Source: an uncultured Prolixibacteraceae bacterium
Lineage (GTDB): Bacteria; Bacteroidota; Bacteroidia; Bacteroidales; Prolixibacteraceae
Direction: 5' to 3'
Length of the DNA: 64,000 nt
NCBI GenBank assembly: GCA_964495655.1
Contig: CAZBWK010000003.1
Span: 707-64,706, forward strand
The translations under genes and the position numbers were made by a program. The notes under the pieces were generated by a model. The model made no database searches. It had not been told where the DNA came from and worked only from the letters and a program-made list of their open reading frames with translations. This document shows, piece after piece, positions 58,741 through 64,000 of this stretch; the first letter of the stretch is position 1, and every line of letters begins with the position of its first letter.

Positions 58741-61224
58741 CTATTCATTTAAATTAATTATTTCCCTGTTATTATTTTTTTGAGTTCTAAGGTTTTTTAT
58801 CTCCCTGATATTTGGTTTTTCACCTATTTTCACGGTATATATTCCGGCATCGTGCAGCCGGGGTTTAATTGTACTGCCATTGATGCGGTAGATCTGTGAC
58901 AGTTCACCGGTTGATTCACTCCATATTTGTATTACCTGGTTCTCTTTTTCAGTGTTAATCTCCGGAAGCACGTTATCCGCGCCCATCCCCAGATTATCAA
59001 ACTGGGATATTGTAAGAGGCCATCCCGGGAACTGGTCTCTCACCGGATTAGGATTTTCAACATCTGCTTTAAACCTCCAGGCATTGATCTCAATTTCTCT
59101 TTCAGCCGTATCAAATATGATCATTCCATATCCTGAAGATCTTATCAGTGCCTGGTTATACCTGCTTTCTTTATCCATTGTAATCTTTCCCGGGTTTCCG
59201 ATTGCATATAGATAATTTTTATTTCCGAAAGCATCAATATAGTCTCCGGTATTGGGATAACCATGCTCCGGTCTGTTGCTCACAGGATAACCGAGCTCAT
59301 CGGGAAGAAACCATCGCTGGTAGCCAACCGCAATAGCGGGAGTGCAAAAACTCCAGCCTGCATCACGATAATTTTGCAGTCCGTATTGTACGAGCGACGG
59401 CACATGCTGGTCGCCGTTAATATGAAATGCAGCCGCCTTTCTCATGATCCTTATTACTTTATCTCTTCCTGACTTAGGCCAGCCTCCTGAGTCGAGGTCG
59501 CCATAAAGAATATTTTGCAGGTTGCCGTGGTGTGTGGCTACATTGGCAAACAGGGTTTGCGAAAGCAGTACTTTCATATCGGTATTATCCCATTGTGTTA
59601 TCCAGTCATTCAGAAATTTGATCTGTCTTTCACCGAGCAGTTTTAGTCCCGGTTTTTCAAGAAATGAAAGATCCTCTCTGGGTGCCTTTAAATGGTCTTT
59701 CCGGCCTTCCCAGTCAGATACAGCCTCAGGCCCGGTTTTAAAGATCCTGTCAGTTACGATAGCGAAGTTGACCCTGCCGTAAGTCAGGTCAGTATACCAG
59801 ACACTCATACCCCTGTCGATCGGTGCAGGGTCGTAAGGATCAGGAAGATGTCCGCATTGAGTACGGTTCACGACATTCACCATTTTTACCGACTGTGTAA
59901 ATCCGCGGGTATCATCACTGATCATACCCCCGGGTTTAGCTATTCCCCCTTCACCCCAGAGGTTGCCATGATAGACATCATGGTCGTCGGGAGTGCAGAT
60001 TGTCGGGCGGTCGCGCATAAGAGACCTGAAAGCCCAACCGAACATATAGTATTTACCCAGATAATTGACTATCGATACATCGGCGGGTTCCCGTTTTACC
60101 GGATAACCCCCGTTTGGTTCATATATCTGATCTCCTGAAAAATAGAGTATATCAGGATCTTGTTTCATTACCGATTCTGTCAGGGGGGTATAGGGGAATC
60201 CGTAATGATACTGACAGGTAAAGCCGCCGAACTTCAATGGTCTTCCTGCCGGGTCTTTTCGTATCGTTCCCTCATAGTAGTCAGGCCATTCAGTTCCGTC
60301 TTTTCCTTTTTCTATATATTCTATACGGTATTCTGCATCTTTTGAGTCATCCCAATCTTCCAGTTTGAAGACAGCAGTCCTGGAATCAGGCTCTATTGGC
60401 TTAGATTCAATGGTTTCCCACGTTCCCCCTTTTTTTAGTTGCAATGACACTTCATGGTTGTCATTTTCTCCCAACGGTGGAAGTAATGCCATCAGCTTAA
60501 CCCTTTTTTTACTTAAAGTGTACATTGTCCATAATACCGGGCCAAACCGGTTTCCGGGGTTATAGATGACTTTTGATCCCGACAGGTTTATTTCATCAAA
60601 TGCAAAATTTGAATTGCCAGGTTTTTGGTTACCACCCAGTCTCATATTACTTGCTACCGCTATCAGGCCTTCAATACCTTCAATGTTGCATTTCAGTTCA
60701 TCAGGACCATTACCGTTCTTGTCGGCAATGCTCATTTTCAATTGGTTATTGTTACCTGAAACACTTATTATAATTTCACTGAAATCGAAGCCGGGTGGTA
60801 AATTCACCTGCTTGTCTTTTAAAAAGGCAGATCCGTTCAGGCTGATACCAGCCTTTACTCCCTCTCCAAAATAGCAAGCTGCACGGACATCCGGGTCTTC
60901 TCTGTCATGTACTCCTATTAGAAAACCTGCAGAGCCGGCAACATCCCCTTTGTCATCAAGCATAATTCTGGCAGACACTTTAAAATTCCCTTTATCGGGC
61001 GACAGGTTGTAAGTTAAAATGTTAACCCTTGAATTTGGAACTATTCCCTGGCAAAGGAGTTTCCCGTTTTCTATTTTCCAGTCCTCAAGCGGAATTGACC
61101 AAAAATCCCTTCCGACCCATATTCGGTCATTAATGTTATTGAAGTCGGCTGAGAATTTTTGTTTTGTCGTGCATGAGGTTATTGATAGCAGCAGGATAAA
61201 TACAAAAGTTTGAAAGTAGTTCAT
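58741..61224 (-). CDS. PhoD-like metallophosphatase-domain lipoprotein with a large N-terminal beta-rich region
   Basis: 827 aa. The lipobox is LLLSITSC. Blocks FSGDQIYEPNGG and TPDDHDVYHGNLWG resemble the PhoD motifs GDYIYE and DDHE. Confidence 0.5.
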   Translation of the reverse strand: MNYFQTFVFILLLSITSCTTKQKFSADFNNINDRIWVGRDFWSIPLEDWKIENGKLLCQGIVPNSRVNILTYNLSPDKGNFKVSARIMLDDKGDVAGSAGFLIGVHDREDPDVRAACYFGEGVKAGISLNGSAFLKDKQVNLPPGFDFSEIIISVSGNNNQLKMSIADKNGNGPDELKCNIEGIEGLIAVASNMRLGGNQKPGNSNFAFDEINLSGSKVIYNPGNRFGPVLWTMYTLSKKRVKLMALLPPLGENDNHEVSLQLKKGGTWETIESKPIEPDSRTAVFKLEDWDDSKDAEYRIEYIEKGKDGTEWPDYYEGTIRKDPAGRPLKFGGFTCQYHYGFPYTPLTESVMKQDPDILYFSGDQIYEPNGGYPVKREPADVSIVNYLGKYYMFGWAFRSLMRDRPTICTPDDHDVYHGNLWGEGGIAKPGGMISDDTRGFTQSVKMVNVVNRTQCGHLPDPYDPAPIDRGMSVWYTDLTYGRVNFAIVTDRIFKTGPEAVSDWEGRKDHLKAPREDLSFLEKPGLKLLGERQIKFLNDWITQWDNTDMKVLLSQTLFANVATHHGNLQNILYGDLDSGGWPKSGRDKVIRIMRKAAAFHINGDQHVPSLVQYGLQNYRDAGWSFCTPAIAVGYQRWFLPDELGYPVSNRPEHGYPNTGDYIDAFGNKNYLYAIGNPGKITMDKESRYNQALIRSSGYGMIIFDTAEREIEINAWRFKADVENPNPVRDQFPGWPLTISQFDNLGMGADNVLPEINTEKENQVIQIWSESTGELSQIYRINGSTIKPRLHDAGIYTVKIGEKPNIREIKNLRTQKNNNREIINLNE

Positions 61225-61329
61225 AGTTATATTTTATTAACGTAGGCCAAAATATTTTTTAAGCACGTATTCGGGCTGGTGGATGTCGGGTTTTTGTTTC
61301 AATTTGGTAAAAAAAACAACGGGGACATT

Positions 61330-62436
61330 TTATTTAAGTAAATTTGATAATGTTTCTCTATCCTCAGGATGAACAGAACCATCAGGCAGTGGCCCGATAT
61401 TAAGGAGCAGGTTATAGCCGTTTGACTCCGCATCGTCTAATAATTTTTTTACATCCTCAACCTTAAGGTGGTATCCGTCGCATGTTTTGTTGTAACCCCA
61501 GGTGGCTCCGGCTCCCGGCCGTGGTGGCTGCATGGTGTTACAAACCTCTTTGGGTTTATCTTTATTGAGTTCGTAAGCTTTTTGTGCAACCGGATACTGC
61601 TCTCCTACCTTTTTATTACTGCCTCGTTCGGGGGCCATAAAATCTTCATCTCCGTTTGCCCCCTGCTTGAAGGAGATCAGAGCATGCGGCGATAAATTTC
61701 TGATCAATGCGTAGGTCTCTTCTATTGGAAAAACATCCGGATTTGCATAGTAACCCATAATGGGATCGAACCATATCCCCGCTATTGAAGGGTATTGTGT
61801 AAGTAATTCCCTGAGCTGGGCATGTACATAATTAACATATTTCCTGAAATCTTCAGGTTTTTCATATTTATAGGTGTCAGGTTTATTTTTATAGGCAGGC
61901 CGTGCACTGCTCCAGCCCTCTTCACGGTCATAAAACCAGGGATGTTTCCAGTCAGCTGCATACGAATAGTAAAGGAACAGTCCCAGTCCCTCCTGTTCGC
62001 AGGCCTTAGCCATCTCTGCCATCAGGTCTCGCCGGGCAGGAGAGTTAACACTGTTGAAATCTGTCTCATCTGTTTTGAAAAGACAGAATCCGTCATGATG
62101 CTTACTGGTTATTGTAATATACTTCATGCCAGCCTTTTTTGCCAGTCTGGCAATAGATTTTGCATCGAAATCCGAGGCAGTGAATTCATCTTTTAGTTTA
62201 GCATAACGGTCAACCGGAATAGTATCTCTCAGCTGAATCCATTCCCCTCTGCCGAGCCGGCTGTAAAGCCCGTAGTGAATAAACATTCCAAACTGTGCAT
62301 CTTTAAACCATTGCAGGTTGGCGGACCTGGGATCTTTTTTGTACTCTTTCCTGTAATTTTTCAGATAATCCGGGACACCTGCCGAGACAGATAGGCTGAC
62401 AATCAGGAAGATAAAGATATAAATTATTTTTTTCAT
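61330..62436 (-). CDS. Alpha-L-fucosidase, GH29
   Basis: Blocks W..A.FGMFIHYGLYS, ITSKHHDGF and YYS..DW match GH29. The ORF-track TTG at 62460 is replaced by the ATG at 62436 (MKKIIYIF, signal peptide). Confidence 0.8.
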   Translation of the reverse strand: MKKIIYIFIFLIVSLSVSAGVPDYLKNYRKEYKKDPRSANLQWFKDAQFGMFIHYGLYSRLGRGEWIQLRDTIPVDRYAKLKDEFTASDFDAKSIARLAKKAGMKYITITSKHHDGFCLFKTDETDFNSVNSPARRDLMAEMAKACEQEGLGLFLYYSYAADWKHPWFYDREEGWSSARPAYKNKPDTYKYEKPEDFRKYVNYVHAQLRELLTQYPSIAGIWFDPIMGYYANPDVFPIEETYALIRNLSPHALISFKQGANGDEDFMAPERGSNKKVGEQYPVAQKAYELNKDKPKEVCNTMQPPRPGAGATWGYNKTCDGYHLKVEDVKKLLDDAESNGYNLLLNIGPLPDGSVHPEDRETLSNLLK

Positions 62437-62449
62437 GTCAGTTTCATTA

Positions 62450-63517
62450 TCAGTCAGCAAATTTTTTCAGACGCGGCATTAAAAATTCTGAATATCTTAA
62501 GAACCCGAGGTCTGTAAAGTGAACCCCGTCTACTGTTGCCTCATTATCATCTCCTATCATTCCTTTAGAAGGGATAAGCCTGATATTTTTCTCCCCGGTT
62601 TTTTTCAGGCCCCTGAAAATTTTATTCAGCGCTTCATTTTTATCCTTTATAAGTTGTTTGTTTTCAAGATCATAAGTGGCTTTTGGATACACAGGGTTTT
62701 CGATGAAGAATATAGGGACATCCGGTAGCTTATCTCTTATTATGCGATAGAATTTTTCTGTTTTCTCTTCAATCTCAATGACACTTACATTTGGCATAAA
62801 GTCCAGCAGTATTACTGAAGCGTCACATTGGGCTATCAGTTCGGCAATTTCATAGTCCAGTTTGGCATTACCGCTGAATCCTACGTTAATAACTTCCCTG
62901 TTCAGCCATCTTGTAAGTATGTTGGTATGTGCCATACCGGGCCGGGTTGCACATCCTCCCTGCAATATGCTGGTGCCATAACAAACAACTGGCTTATTAC
63001 GGTTTGGCAGGTTTACACCGGGTTGTGCAATCACAGACAATGAGTCTACCCCTATCTCGAGCGAGGTAACTCCGTCGTAAAGAGGCAGGAAGAGAATAAA
63101 TTCACGCATCAGTCCATCCATATTTGATGATATAACGACCTCATTTTTTTTGCCTGACGGCCTGGCAGAATTGACAAACACCCATTTTCTGCCATTCAGG
63201 GCATAAAGGTCCAGTCCTTTTATCCCTGTAAAAGCCATGTGGTTCATAACATTGTCATTCAGCAATTCCCATTTGGCTGCTATCCTGGTTGTGTTAGACC
63301 GGAACCTGATTGCCAGTCCGGCGTTGCTTTTACCAAGGCTCCATACCGGAGGCCTGGTTTTTTCCTTAAGGTTGGCAGGAAGGCGTTCATAACGAGTTTC
63401 GGTGTCTTCAGACACTTTTCCAAGAAGCGGATAATTGTCTGCATTATAATAAACCAACTGGGCATTCCCCAGAATGGCTGTTATGATCAGACTGATCAGT
63501 AAAAAAAGTGTTCTCAT
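62450..63517 (-). CDS. SGNH/GDSL hydrolase with an N-terminal GxDLY domain (probable carbohydrate O-acetylesterase)
   Basis: 355 aa with a signal peptide. It has the motif GLDLYAL (GxDLY), SGNH block I VVCYGTSILQG, and a C-terminal DGVHFTDLG block. Confidence 0.7.
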   Translation of the reverse strand: MRTLFLLISLIITAILGNAQLVYYNADNYPLLGKVSEDTETRYERLPANLKEKTRPPVWSLGKSNAGLAIRFRSNTTRIAAKWELLNDNVMNHMAFTGIKGLDLYALNGRKWVFVNSARPSGKKNEVVISSNMDGLMREFILFLPLYDGVTSLEIGVDSLSVIAQPGVNLPNRNKPVVCYGTSILQGGCATRPGMAHTNILTRWLNREVINVGFSGNAKLDYEIAELIAQCDASVILLDFMPNVSVIEIEEKTEKFYRIIRDKLPDVPIFFIENPVYPKATYDLENKQLIKDKNEALNKIFRGLKKTGEKNIRLIPSKGMIGDDNEATVDGVHFTDLGFLRYSEFLMPRLKKFAD

Positions 63518-63524
63518 AAGATTA

Positions 63525-64000
63525 TTATTTTACCCATTCATTATATAATTCAGCCGGGTTGCCAACTATTTCACGGGAAATTATCTGCAGCTGGCCGGCA
63601 GCATCTAAGTTACGGAAACCATTTTTAATAACAGCAATATCCTCTTTAATTGTTTCAGAGTCCTCATATTTACCATTACAATCGGTAACTCCTGCAAGAG
63701 ACAGTTTTCTGGGTGCAAGTGTTACAGCAAGGTCTGGGAGATCATATTTTGTAAGTGCTCCGGGTACCAGGGAATGGACAAACAGCGGATTGTAGAAACG
63801 ATTTTTTACTATTGAACTGTATGATGAATAGGGTTTTACCAGCATGACACGGGAAATTACCTGATCCATAGCAGCAGCATGTAACAGGGCAGGTGACAAT
63901 TCATTATGAGCAACACCATAAACCTGTTCTGTTTCGAAGAATTCATCAAGCAAATGCGACAGCTTCACGATATCTCCTGCCTGTATCCCGGTAATACTTC
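63525..64000 (-). CDS. Alpha/beta-hydrolase-fold protein (esterase-like), C-terminal part only; N-terminus off the right edge
   Basis: The frame stays open past the listed Met to the window edge (...ITGIQAGDIVKLSHLLDEF...). The assignment is from the general look of the C-terminal region, with no catalytic triad in view. Confidence 0.4.
   Translation of the reverse strand, partial: SITGIQAGDIVKLSHLLDEFFETEQVYGVAHNELSPALLHAAAMDQVISRVMLVKPYSSYSSIVKNRFYNPLFVHSLVPGALTKYDLPDLAVTLAPRKLSLAGVTDCNGKYEDSETIKEDIAVIKNGFRNLDAAGQLQIISREIVGNPAELYNEWVK

Noticed and set aside
1-64000. Searched for CRISPR arrays, long tandem repeats, IS elements, integrases, toxin-antitoxin pairs and recognisable defence genes.
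   Set aside because: I saw no regularly spaced direct repeats and no transposase, integrase or defence-type domains in any frame. By eye I cannot exclude short or degenerate repeats. A dot-plot or k-mer scan would be decisive.

Overview
About 40% GC chromosome segment of Bacteroidota type. The evidence for that assignment is TAnnTTTG -7 promoter boxes, almost no Shine-Dalgarno sequences, DapL-type lysine synthesis, a fused SecDF and a long-tailed S16. I call about 57 protein genes and one tRNA-Glu(UUC). I saw no rRNA, CRISPR array, transposase, integrase or phage genes. The content is mainly housekeeping: hcpR-hcp, fba, lipA/lipB, ruvC, rpsP-rimM, mscL, lysA-dapF/dapL, pntAA-AB-B, thyA-folA, trxA-dnaE, greA, ahcY, recQ, tatC/tatA, lptB, rpsT, radC and secDF. 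A small glycan-trimming cluster sits at the right end. The left-edge gene (1-2479, minus strand) is missing from the ORF track because its stop codon lies off-window. Many ORF-track starts are TTG or GTG extensions, so I trimmed them to the more plausible ATG. I found no convincing new multi-gene defence or mobile system. The leads worth a second look are all modest and need database or wet-lab checks:
- A secreted HEAT-repeat protein with two DUF1080 modules, in an operon with a Tat-exported Gfo/Idh/MocA oxidoreductase.
- A GC-rich element shared by two unrelated upstream regions.
- A nested inverted-repeat element with compensatory changes, located after fba.
- A malate/lactate dehydrogenase gene relic next to a retropepsin-like gene.
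- A strong terminator plus an unusually perfect SD in the greA leader.
- A Rieske-fold lipoprotein lacking both His ligands.
- A voltage-gated-type K+ channel ending in a zinc ribbon.
- A tightly packed lipA-methyltransferase-lipB-EEP operon.
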